NCBI RefSeq assembly: GCF_009834535.1
Contig: NC_045699.1
Coordinates: forward strand, 43,152,001 to 43,216,000
DNA: 64,000 nt
Source: Camelus ferus
Lineage: Eukaryota
Direction of reading: 5' to 3'
Position numbers and translations under genes: made by a program. A model generated the notes under the pieces. It was not told the DNA's origin and searched no databases. It saw only the letters and a list, made by a program, of their open reading frames with translations. Below are positions 31,505 through 42,722 of the stretch, piece after piece. Every line of letters begins with the position of its first letter. The first letter of the stretch is position 1.

Positions 31505-33990
31505 ATGGCGAGGGTGGTGTTGCTCGTGGGTGTGCTGGGGCTGCTACTTGTGTCTGCGCTGCCCGAGGTCCTCGGAGACCGCCCCAGCCCTGAGCACTGG
31601 ACACACCCAGGTACCAGCGAGGGCTGCTGGAGGGAGGCAGGGACTGCCCCTGGGTCCCAGGCGCCAGCTTTACTGATCTCCCTCTGCCCTCCTTCTCAGG
31701 GGACGCCGCCCAGGTCAGCCTTGGGGCCACGGAACCCCGGCGGCGGTTGCCGCCGCCCAGGGACCAGCGCGAGAGGGCTCGGGCCGGGGCTCTGCCCTTG
31801 GGGGCGCTGTACACCGCGGCCGTCGTGGCTTTTGTGCTGTTCAAGTGTTTGCAGGTGCGGGACGACCAGGGGTGGGGATGCCCCGGGCCTGAATCTCCCA
31901 TGGGGGCGCTGTGGTACCAAGAACGAGACATTTTCCCGTTAGTCTGAAATGAAGACGGTTCCCTCGTTTTCCAACATTACGGGGTTATTCTGAACATTCA
32001 GCAAGGTAATGGACGTGAAAGGCACTTGGTAAATTGTAGGTAAATAATGACCATCACTTTTAATACTCCCAACAATCCAGTGAAGAGATTTAGTACTTGC
32101 TCAAGGTCACCCAAAGCTAGTAACTGGTAGAATTGGGATTTGAACCCAGCAAATGTTCAGACTACAATTAAGTGCAATTCCTGGTGAGATTGCAGCCTTG
32201 GCACGAGCAGCTGATAACTGTAGCCTAAGTGTTTTTAGAGTTCGAGGTACCAAGCAGCCTCATGTTCTCCTTGGGATAGAGGCCCTGAAATGTGAACTGA
32301 CAGTACATTTTAGTGGATTGAAACTGTTGAAATGGAAAGTAGTACTTCCCAGGGCTCTCTTCAGCCCTGGCCCTATCACTTACTTACATTGGGAAACAAG
32401 GCTGAACCAATTTGGAGATGATGTGAAACAAGGAGGGATAGGTAATCATGATCCCTAATAGACTTGACAGGCTACGATGAGAGACTGAATTTAATGATGA
32501 AATTTAACAAGGGTAGATTCTATTCTTTTGAATTCTTGGGCTCAAATATATAGTCTGAAAGGAACACAATTTAGTAGCAGTTATTAGTTGAACTGATAGA
32601 AGTTCGGTTGTGTGGTGTGACAACCTACTTCCCAAACCAATGCTAGGAACAAGATACTGTGCCTTATTTTCTAATCGAAACACTCCTCGAGAATTTTTTT
32701 CTCTTGAGGGCACTGTTTTAAGAGCACAGTACATGCTCAGTAAAGCAACCAGAGAAAAGGTTGAATGAGCACTGACTGAAGAAGATTGGCACTATTAAAC
32801 CAGACAAGACATAAGGAAAGGGGCAGGAGGTACGACCATTGCCTTCAAATTCATGAGGGGCTGTCAGGGCTATCATGGTGAAAACATGATTTTGGAAGGC
32901 TCTAATCAGCACCGTGAAAAGATACACGAAGGACTGTTTTTGACTTTGTATATAAAGTAACAACCAGAGCTTTATAAAACTGGAGAGAGCTGCTCCTTCC
33001 CAGAGATGTTTCCCTAGACTGTCCACATGTGGGGGTTACGGGCATGTTGCTTCCTGTCTTGGGTGAGGAGCTGGACTGGATGTGATTATTATTCTCTGAG
33101 GGAAAAACCCACTAAGTGCTCTCTACCTGAAATTCTCCTCATACTGCCTTTGGAGACTGAGGCTATAGAGAACCTGGTTGCTGCAGTATTGCCCTTTCCT
33201 TGTTCCACAGCAGGGGAAAGATGAGGCTGCTGTTCTCCAAGAGGAGGCAAGCAGGAAGGAATTACTGCAGTCAGGTGGGTTTTGCAGAAGTGTGTGCTTG
33301 GTGGGGGGTGAGGGGACTGCAGAAGGTAAATAACCATTGCTCTCCTTTTCTCCCTTACCCCTAGAGCAACAGCTGGCCCAGCTGACACAACAGCTGGCCC
33401 AGACAGAGCAACACCTGAATAGTCTGATGGCCCAGCTGGACCCCCTTTTTGAGCGGTAAGGAGGAGTGATCCTGTGGCCAGGGGAACTTGTGGTGGGTGG
33501 GAGTGGTGGGGGCATCAATTGGGCAGCTGTGTGGACATATCTGCAGTGTGACGACCTTGGCGGGAGCCCAGCAGGAGCTTCTGCAAGTAAAGCTACAGAC
33601 CATCCACCAGCTGCTACAAGAGAGCAAGCCAAACAAGGGTGTGGAGGTTCCAGAACCAGGTAAAAGGTTGGGAGGTGAGAGTCTGGTGGAGTTAAAGACA
33701 AAGCCTCTGACACTGGAACGTGCCTGATCTTCCCCCTCACAGAGGCCAGCACACCCTTTCCTGAGGATTTATGTATAGAGGAGGATGAGGAAGAGGATGG
33801 TGACAGTCAGGCCTGGGAGGAGCCCCTAAACTGGAGCGCAGGGACAAGGAACCTAGCTACTCCCAAGGAAGTGGTGCAGGGGCTAAGGAGAAGATGCAGA
33901 AAGGCTGCAGCCAAGGGCCCCAGGCACAGCCCCTACCTGGAAGGAGGGACAGCAGCTGACGGTTTAGTAAAACAAAGTCTGTTCTTGTGA
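31505..33990 (+). CDS. CCDC107: Coiled-coil domain-containing protein 107, 257 aa (spliced isoform)
   Basis: Exons 31505-31610, 31700-31854, 33214-33274 (NAGNAG alternative start 33211), 33365-33455, 33547-33659, 33743-33990. Signal peptide MARVVLLVGVLGLLLVSALPEVLG, TM ALYTAAVVAFVLF, coiled coil EQQLAQLTQQLAQTEQHL. Confidence 0.93.
32040..32155 (-). mobile_element. MIR SINE in CCDC107 intron 2
   Basis: acttgctcaaggtcacc...gctagtaactggtagaattgggatttgaacccag. Confidence 0.7.
32460..32650 (+). mobile_element. L3/CR1 fragment
   Basis: cttgacaggct...gatgaaatttaacaaggg...agcagtt...tgtggtgtgac...aatgctagg. Confidence 0.5.
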
Positions 33991-34032
33991 CTGGATGCTT
34001 CTGTGTGCTTTTTCCATTCCAGCTGGACGGGG

Positions 34033-34052
34033 ACACACACACACACACACAC
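34033..34052 (+). repeat. (AC)10 microsatellite in the CCDC107 3'UTR
   Basis: Direct count. Confidence 0.95.
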
Positions 34053-34307
34053 CCACTCCTACCCCCACATCCATACTAGGTGCCTAAGAACAACTGGGCC
34101 TTCTTGAAAATCTTCCCTTATTAGGACAAAAAGAGGCCGCCTTCCAGTGCAGGAACCGAGAAGATAGAGGGAGCTCCAGTCCTTTTCTTTGTATTCCTGA
34201 GGCCACCATCGTGCCAGCCTTCAGGGCACAAAAATCCCTTTCCTCTTATGGCATAGCTGAGAAAGACTTCTCCAAAAGGAAAAGACTTTACTAAAATCCA
34301 GTGGGAA

Positions 34308-34313
34308 AATAAA
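34308..34313 (+). terminator. CCDC107 poly(A) signal AATAAA
   Basis: First canonical hexamer after the stop at 33990. Confidence 0.75.
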
Positions 34314-34638
34314 TTATAGAAACCACATACAACATAAAAATAGCCACAGTTGCACAGCTGCAACCGTGATAAATGGCTGTCCACAGACACAGCATCGAGG
34401 GTCTCAGTCCCAAATCCCCTCCTCTGAGTTGGAGGGACTGGTTCAGCAGAGGTTCAGTTGGGTCAGACTTGGTGTCCTGATTCTTAAGAGCTGGATCAAG
34501 TGACCTGGCTGTCTTGGTCCCAGGCAGACACAAAATGACCATGAAGAGTCTGTGTTAGTACTGGAGAAGATTTCTTTGTATTCCAGACGCTGACCTAATC
34601 CCTGAGGCATCCTGGACTCTGGAATTTGTCAGATTCCT

Positions 34639-37600
34639 CTAGTTCTTCTGGTTGCTGTGGAGAGATGATAGTTTAGGCAGTGGCATGAGCACTCTGTTCT
34701 GACAAAATCACCCGCAGGGTTGCATGGGAGCGAGGGGGACCCAGACAGATGTAAGACATGAGATAGGCTGGGAACTGCTTGTGGGCCTCATTACAGCACT
34801 CTTCCCAAGGGTAGACAGCTTACCTGATGGCCAGAGTCAGACTGTGGTACCAGCCCAACAGCTCCTCCTGGTCTGTGGACATAAGCAGTAGCTTCTCATG
34901 TGGAAAGGACAGCTAGGGAGAGACCGCTTCTTAGCGCATTGGCTCAGAAAGATCCAGGCATAAGCTGAAGGCCTTGCTGTTTCCATGGAAGTTAATTTAG
35001 GGCTAAGGTGAGAACTTAAAACCCCCCAGGGCCAGTATCCTCTCAATGTAGGTGGCTCAGTTCCTATGAGTGGGGCCCAGACCAAGGAGATGAACAGTGC
35101 ACAGACACTTGAGGTATATTTTGGGCTTCTCCTACCTTACCTAGGGCTTTCGCCTGTTACTTACACTGAGCAGTCCACCACAAGGGCCTCCTGAGTGGCC
35201 AAAGACCCTGTGGAGTTGACACTCAGCCATAGGGTAGAGAGCCTGGCAGGCAAAGGTGCCACTCTGCAGCAGGTGCAATGGGGGTCGAGGCTTGGCCATG
35301 AGGAGTGCATCAGAGAAGAGGAAGAACATTCGAGGCCGAGGCTCCCCCCGGGGAGGCACCACCAACAGCCAGCCCTGGCGTAGGAACCAGCGACCTGGGG
35401 GACGGGAGAGCTGTTATTTTGGTGCAGCTCCAGGACTGTGATCCATGGAAGAGAATGAAAGGGAAGCTGAGGAAATAGAGGGTGTGTGCTGGCGATATAG
35501 TGGAAAAGAGGTGAGAAAAGGGCAGTTTGAAGATTGAGGGGGTAGCATGCAGACTACCTGAGGTAAGCCCCTTTGCCTGCCGTCCACTGAGCAGACCCTG
35601 GACACGCTGGAGGTGCTGGTCATTCTTCTGTTTCTGACCAATGGTGTGGACTCTCTGAGCAGTCTCACTTATCAGCCGGGCAGCCCCTGGAATAACATCC
35701 CGTGCCCCACTCCCAGCACAACTTTGACTTTGAGTGAATGGTGGTGGTGAAAGACAGGCTATTCCGAAGAGAGCTAGGGTCAGAGTCTAACTTCTTCAAG
35801 AGTAGGTGGGGCAATAGGGACATTGTATATATGTCATTGGAAGATAGGGGCATATCAGACATTGTTGGAGGTCAGAACCGGAAAGGGATACAGCAGAGGC
35901 AGTCCCCAAGGACTGCTGCAGAGGAACATACTTGTGAGCTGTTCGTGGTCAGGGCTGTTAGGACCTGTGTTTTCAGCCAAAGCAACAGCAAGATTCTCAT
36001 ACCTGGAATTAGACAGTTGGGGAGTCTACGAGTGGAAGGAGAGCTGGCAGAATTCCTTCTGCCTGACACACAGATCACCCCCTACACATATTTCAGTTGC
36101 AAGGAAAGATCTGCTTGTGGCTATTCCCTTCCCCCACCCCCCTTTCATCTGGGACTCAGCACCTGAGTTCACATCACATGGCCCTCCTCCATCCCAGATT
36201 GAAGAGTCAAGGGCAGACTGATCATAGTTCATGGAGGCTAGAGCCCAAGATGAAAGTTAATCAACCCAAGGAGGGTGTTGTTGGCAACCTGACTATAAGT
36301 TCTTAACTCATCCCCAGAGACAGAAATTCTAAGCTAGGCAAGCCTAGTGTCTCCTGTTGCTAGCTGTATTACAGGCCCCTCACTTCAATGTAAGTTCTAC
36401 AGTTCCAGCTAAGGGCCTGAGGCTGCAGAGCCCAGATACTCCAGAGGGGTCACACTTAGTCTTGCAAAAAAATTTTAGGAGCAACTTGTCTCAGGAGAGA
36501 CACTGTGGGACAGATCTCATGGAATCCCACAAACCTGAGAGCAGCAGTCAAACAGAGAAGTTGGCTAAGTCAGGGTGAGTTCACTCACTGTTGGAGCCTC
36601 TGCAGAGGCAGAGGGAGGAGGTCTTGGAGTTGAAGGCCCCCAAACTCAGGGCGGCCTTCCTGAAGTTGCACAAACTTCCGGAACCGTTTGTTCTTTAGTT
36701 GCTCCTGGAGTGATAAGGAAAGGGTTGGTAGCAGGGAGAGAAGCCACTCCTTGTATTGTATCCTGGGTACATATCCCCAGCCGTCAGGAAGCTGTGCTCC
36801 TGAGAGAACCCCGTCTCCCTACAGGGATCTTAGCACAGAGCTGGGCACCCACAGGACTCCATAAGTGCACGAAGAGTATTAATGAAGTTTGGGTCTCCAG
36901 ATGAAGAGGGAATGTGTGGAGTTAAGAGGGGAAGGACCTGAGGTTATCTTCATGTTACCTGCAGGGTGGTCCGGGACCTCTCAGCGTTGGCAGCGTATTG
37001 GGTATAGAGCTTCAGGTGGGGGCAGAAGCCCTCCAGACCCTGTCCCCAGCGCCCTCCTTCGAGGTAGGGAAGCAGCTCTCTGCGTGAGTTAAGACAATAA
37101 AAGAACAGCCCCCAAACTATTCAAGCACCATCTCCTTTAATTCTCATAACCCTGCTATGGAGGTAGTGCTATTATCCCTTTTACAGTTGGAGAGCTGGGG
37201 CTGATTAAGGCACTCGGCCAAGACTACAGGTGAGGAAACTGGCAGACTCTCACTGTGAACCTAGGGTCTCTCTGAGCTCCGTGCACTGCCAGAGGCCAGG
37301 GCTCTCCCTCCTTCTCCCACCCTATGCCGCGTCTACTCACTGACTAGCGCCGTAAATGAGTTCCCAGGGCCCAAACAGGGCCTGGCGCTCTGGTGGTCGC
37401 ACGGTGCCCTTGGCTCTCAGAATCCCCACGAAGTACTGCGGGAGGAGAGAATACCGGTTTGTAGTCCACAGACAGAGGAGGCTAATGCCAAAGCGCTACC
37501 GGAAACCAGAACTCTGCCTGAGCTCCCTACGTGCAGGCGCACAGGCCAGGGCCCATCACACCCTGGGGTCCCCGCCCCATACGGGAGGGCGTGCGGGGTC

Positions 37601-37743
37601 CGCACCGTGGCCACCAGCCCCAGCTGTTCGTGGTAGCGCCTCTCAGTCTCCAGCAGCTCCCAGGCGGTGCAGGCGCGTTTCCGCTCCCAACGAGCACGCT
37701 GCTCTTGCACCGGGCACCGGGCACCGGGACCTAGGCTCTCCAT
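34639..37743 (-). CDS. ARHGEF39: Rho guanine nucleotide exchange factor 39 (DH-PH), 334 aa
   Basis: Exons 37743-37606, 37435-37341, 37079-36959, 36704-36589, 36002-35932, 35686-35558, 35394-35165, 34912-34824, 34654-34639 (1005 nt). DH motifs ELLETERRY and LPLQRLQQYE; PH motif RMFFLFSDALLMAKP. Confidence 0.96.
37120..37290 (-). mobile_element. MIR SINE in ARHGEF39 intron 2
   Basis: tttaattctcataaccctgctatggaggtagtgctattatcccttttacagttggagagctgggg. Confidence 0.65.
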
Positions 37744-37754
37744 ACCGGCTTGAG

Positions 37755-37990
37755 GGTCAACACTTCCGGTCTCAGCCCGCTGGAGATTCAAACGCCAACG
37801 GCTCCGGGGGCGGGGCCGCGGCCTGGGAGGAGAGCGCGCCCCCTGGCGTCTGGAGGCTGCGCTCAGGACGGGTATATTTGAGGTCTTTTCCGTAGGGCCT
37901 CGGCCCACCGTCAGGGCTCTGTAGGTGGACGGCGCCTGCCCAGGCAGGGCGGGGTGGGGCTGGTGGGTGGCCTTCCTCTGAGTGGCACAA
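37755..37990 (-). promoter_or_regulatory. ARHGEF39 CpG promoter with CHR, ETS and GC box
   Basis: TTTGAA (CHR) at 37792-37787 preceded by TTGGCG, ACCGGAAGT at 37770-37762, GGGGCGGGG at ~37806-37814. Confidence 0.65.
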
Positions 37991-38409
37991 AGTTGGGGCA
38001 GCAGCCTGGACTTTGAGTCAGGAGACTTGGGGGTGCAGACACTGACAGGGCTGCAGTGTCCCATCTGTAGAATTGAGAAAGGGGCAGTAGTTTCGGTACA
38101 TATTCTGTCCTGAGCCCATGCCATACGCTAGGGTCCAGTCATCCCCAATGCTTTCACTATTAGAAACCCTCATGGGTCACCAGGTTTTAAGTATTTGGGC
38201 CCCGGACAAAAGTTTACAGGTTTTAAATGACTAACTTGTTTCCTTCTTTCATACTGATCCCAAACCTGAGAGCCAGTTAGCTTCCTGTCAGCAAGTGTCA
38301 ACAACTAACGTGGTGGTTCGGAATTGCTGTAATTCTGGCCAAAGGCAAAAGCTTGGAGTTAATTAGTCTGTATTATCGTAGGTCTTTTGGAAAACTGGCA
38401 GTAGCCCTG

Positions 38410-39000
38410 GAGGGCAAATTAGCAGTGCTATTTTGTCAGTATGTGAAGTGCCTACTCTTATGGCCTAGCAGTTCCACTTGTAGGAATGCATCCTAAAAAA
38501 CTACTATGTGGACAAAAATATATCTACTAGAATTAGGGTGGCAAAAATGTTTGTAACAACAGAAAACTGGAATTCACCTAAATGTCCAGAGGTAGAGAAC
38601 TGGCTAGGAAAATTATGGTACAGCCATTTGAAGGAATAATATGAAAGCCGTAAAGATGATGTTAAAAAGCTATCAAAATGGGAAAATGCATAGTATATTG
38701 CTGAAAGGAAAAAAGCAGGCTACAAAGCTGTTTGTATAATATAATCTTATTTAGATATAACATACATATGACTGGAAGTATAAACAACCAAAAGGTAATT
38801 GTGGTTTTTATCTCTGGGTGATGACATCAAAGATAATTCATTCAGCAAATACTTACTAAGTACCTTATCTGTGCCAGGCACTGGATCATTGAGGTTAAAG
38901 GGGTGAATGGGATAAACAGGGTAATTTAAAAAATTCCCTTATACTTCTCTGCCTTTCCGAAGTTTTCTGCTTGAGCATGCATGAATTACTTTGTAATTAG
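38410..39000 (+). mobile_element. Old L1 (L1ME-like) fragment
   Basis: ctagcagttccacttgtaggaatgcatcct...gtttgtaacaacagaaaactgga...cctaaatgtcca...aaaattatggtaca. Confidence 0.7.
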
Positions 39001-39799
39001 AAAAAAATGCTATTAATACCCAAAATGTTAGAAACTTTAGACCCTGTTCCTCCACTGTGGACTCCTAGGAATCTGGGCCCCTAGCCAAGAACCAGGGTAT
39101 TGCCGGGGTTTTGAAGTCCCCTCTAGCTCTCTGACATTCTAAGAATCTGGAGGAAGGAGAAATGCTGAGCTTAGATCACGGAAAAACAACTTGAAGGGCT
39201 TGCTGGAGAAAAGAGAGAGTTTGGGTCAGACTGTACCTTGGACAGATCACAAGGAAACTGGAGATACTGTATAGGTAGAGGACTGGTTACACTGTCTCAA
39301 GTGAATGTGGGGCAGTCCACACTAAGAGCTCATGGGTAGAAGGAGACAGATAATCTCATGATAATTGGTATCACCATGAGCCCAGGTGATGGGAACAGAG
39401 CACAACTCCTGGGGCGCAGTTGGTGATGGGTGTGTTTGGGTGTCCTGCCAGTGTCTGACTGTGCTCTGTGGGGATGGAAGAGGGGAGGGGAATAAAGCCT
39501 GCTGTGAGCAAAGGGCAAAGCCTGCTGTGAGAGGGCAAAGCTGAGCAAGACATACTGAGGACACTTAGAGACAACTGATTCCCAGGGAACCAAGTCTCCC
39601 ACAGAGCATGTCAGGCACACCGTACTCTGCCTGGAACTGATTCTACCCTCAACTCTCTCCCAAAGCCAAAGGAAGGAGGGGCCAGGGAAGAGGATCGATC
39701 AGAGGGTAGTCAACCACCTCTCTATCCTTTAATTACCTTCAACCTCTGTTTTCAACTTACTGGATGCTGGAGAAGTCCTAGGGAGGCTGTGAACAATAA

Positions 39800-41170
39800 T
39801 CACAGTCAAAATTAAATGCCTCTGATGCACCAGGTCCTGTGCTAGGCATGGACATGAAATGGTGAACGAGAGAAATATGACCCCTGTCCTTATGAATGCT
39901 TATGGTCCTGTATGACAGACATGGTAAGGAGTCACCATGAAGTGAGACACACGTTATAAAGAAAATACAGGCTTCTGTGCATGCAGGAGTGAATGATCTG
40001 CCCCTAGTCTAGGAGTTAGGGAGGTTTCTCAGAGGAAGTGACATGTGAATTGATACCTGAAGGATGAGCAAAACAAAACCTGGCAAGACAGGGCTGGCAG
40101 CAGGGGAGAGGTGGGAAAGAGAGACGATAGCATGGATAAGACTTGGAGATAAAACACACACACATGGACATTCAATGCATTCAAGAAACTGGAAGAAGTT
40201 TAGTAATACTAGAGCACAGACTGTGATGAGAAAGGAAACTCGAGAGGTAGACAGAGGCAAAACCATGGAGGGAATTTATATCAGTAAGACTATGTCACAA
40301 TTCAAAGTGGCGGAACAAGATAATTTATTGGTTCATGTGACTGAGAAGTCCAGATGCAAGTGGGCCCTAGGGATCGCTTAAGCAAGTCACTAAAAACTGC
40401 TTTCTGCCCTTCCATGGTTTCACCTTCACCTTAAGGTAAAACCTTCATCTTGCGGTTACAAGACGGCTGCCCACAGTTCCAGTGGCTGTGTGCTTCCTTA
40501 TCCATGTCTGGACACAGTGAAAGTGAATTCCCTCAGCTATCAAATACTGAGACACAGAGCTTCCCTCTGACTGGACCCCCATAGGCTGAAAACCCATCAA
40601 GGAGAACAGGGCAATGCTAGCCTTCTGAAGGCCATGTCAAGTACTATGGACTTTATCCTAAGGGCAAGGGGAAGCCATTGAAGGGTCTTAAATAGGGAGT
40701 GAAATGATATGTGCATTTTAGAGAGATCACCCTGACTAGCTGGACTCAGCAAACACATTAGGGGGCAGGTGCAGTTATCCAAGTGAGAGGTGATGGAAGT
40801 GTGAGTTAGGATGAAAAATGTGGATGAAAAGTTTTAAAGGTAGAATCTATAGGGCTTGATGACTTAATGTCAGAGGTGGGAAAAGATAAAAGAAAAGATG
40901 GCATCAGGTTTCTGGCTTAGACCACTTGGTGGAGGGTGGAAGAGGTTTTTGGGACAGATGAATTCGGCTTGAGGCCTGTTGAATTTGAGATACTTGTAGG
41001 ACATCCAAGTGGAGATATCCATTAAGCAGGTGGTTATAGATCTGACATGGTGGAGAGGTCCAACCTGGGGATATGCGGCTTTCATCAACTTACAGAAGCC
41101 AGAGAATGGATGAAACTGCCTGCAAAGGGTATGAAGAGGGATCCGGGCAGAAGGCATGAGGGTCTCCAAC
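39800..41170 (-). mobile_element. L2 fragments interrupted by an MLT1J/K-like piece (~40285-40560)
   Basis: Antisense L2 pattern (ggtcctgtgctaggc..., gggaagccattgaaggg...gatatgtgcatttta...gaatttgagatacttgtaggacatccaagtggagat). Confidence 0.6.
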
Positions 41171-41226
41171 ACAAGCTCACTCCTTCTCCTCCTGTGTATC
41201 CACTTTACTTCCAAAATATCTGATAG

Positions 41227-41678
41227 TGTAGTGGGCTAAGTGGTGGCCCGCATAAAGCTATGTCCATGTCCAAACCCCTGGAACCTTTGAATGTGACCTC
41301 ATTTGTAAAAAGGGTCTTTACAGATGTAGTTAAATTAAGAATCTTGAGATAAGCTCATCCTGGATTATCTGGTGGGCCCTAAATCCAATGACAAGTGTTC
41401 CTATAAGAGACATCCTGTAGAGAGACACAAGGACAGGAGGAAAAGGCCATGTGAAGTCGGGAGCAGAGACTGAAGTTATGCAGCCACAAGCCCAGGAATG
41501 CCTGGAGCCACCAGAAGCTGGAAGAGGCCTTAGAGCCTTCAGAAGGAGCTCTGCCAACACCTTCATCTCAGACTTCTAGCCTCCAGAACTGTGAGAGAAT
41601 AAATTTCTGTAGTTTTAACCGACTCCTCCCTCCCAGTTTGTGGGTAATTTGCTACAGCAGTCCTAGGAAAGTAATACA
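41227..41678 (+). mobile_element. MLT1C-like solo LTR
   Basis: TG...CA ends, typical MLT1 body, 5-bp TSD gatag/gatgg. Confidence 0.85.
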
Positions 41679-42722
41679 GATGGTAAGGTGGGCAGAACTA
41701 CAGGTGGGCCCCTAGGGCCCCAGAAGGGCTGGGACCTATCTTTGCTTCCAATCCACGTGTGGGTGGTAGGGGCTTGTTCTTCTGCTTCACCAGTAAATAG
41801 GTCACTCCTCTGTAGCACTGGGATAAACAGAGACATAGCCCTCGATGTCTGAAGACATAGAGCCTAATGACCAAAGACTTGACCTTTAACAACCAAAGAG
41901 AGGTCATGTACCAGGCCTGGGGGTGGGGTGGTGGGGCGGAGTCCTAGTCAATTAGTACTGAGTACACTCTGTCCCAACCTGGGGAGGCTCAGGAAACAAG
42001 ATTCTGGGAGTTCAAACCTGTTTTAGGGTTTGGCGGACTCCCAGTTGCAAAGGCATGATCCAGGGTCAGAGTCCGTGTTCCCCACCCAGACCAGAGACAT
42101 GGTCACACACAGAGACAGAGAGCTCAAGAAAGAGACAGCACCATGGAGAATGGCATTTTGAAAATTAGGGAGCGGTAACAGAGAGAGCTGTACCTAGAAG
42201 TCAATCTGGACTCTGAAATACTGAGGGAAAGCAGCAGAGGTGGAGGGGAGATTTGTACAGGTAGAAGTGTCACAAAGAAGTGTACACGGAGAGTCTGACA
42301 GATCTAAGGAAAAAAGATGGAAACATCCAGAACATTTGGAAAGCAGGAATATGAAATAAAGTTACAATTGGTGTTGGGGAAAGATCTAGACATACAGACT
42401 CCAGACTTCAGTGTGCATGGTGTTTCTGTCCTCTGTGCTTCCCATGACCTCTTCCATCGCCACTAGCTTAGTCGTTAGTTACCACATTCAGTTTTGTCCA
42501 GGCTCATCCAATTTAGATATTACCATGTACCTTCCATGTCTCAGGATCCAACCAAGGTTCTGACAACACAGCTGACCATCCAGAGTGCACACTGGATCAG
42601 GCTGCCATGGATGGCTCATAATTTGGCTCCAGAAATGGCAACCTAGATTATTAGGCTGACTAGCTCCTACGATGACAGCTTGGAGACCAGCTGGTGTCCC
42701 TCCATACAAGTTTTGGCATACA

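Noticed and set aside
35556-35570. Perfect + strand donor GAG|GTAAGC antisense to ARHGEF39 exon 6
   Set aside because: Forced by Gly-Leu-Thr-Ser codons and downstream of the CCDC107 poly(A) signal; no evidence of use.
39491-39546. Imperfect 20-23 bp tandem duplication next to an AATAAA
   Set aside because: No upstream exon or ORF for the signal; likely a neutral local duplication or LTR relic.
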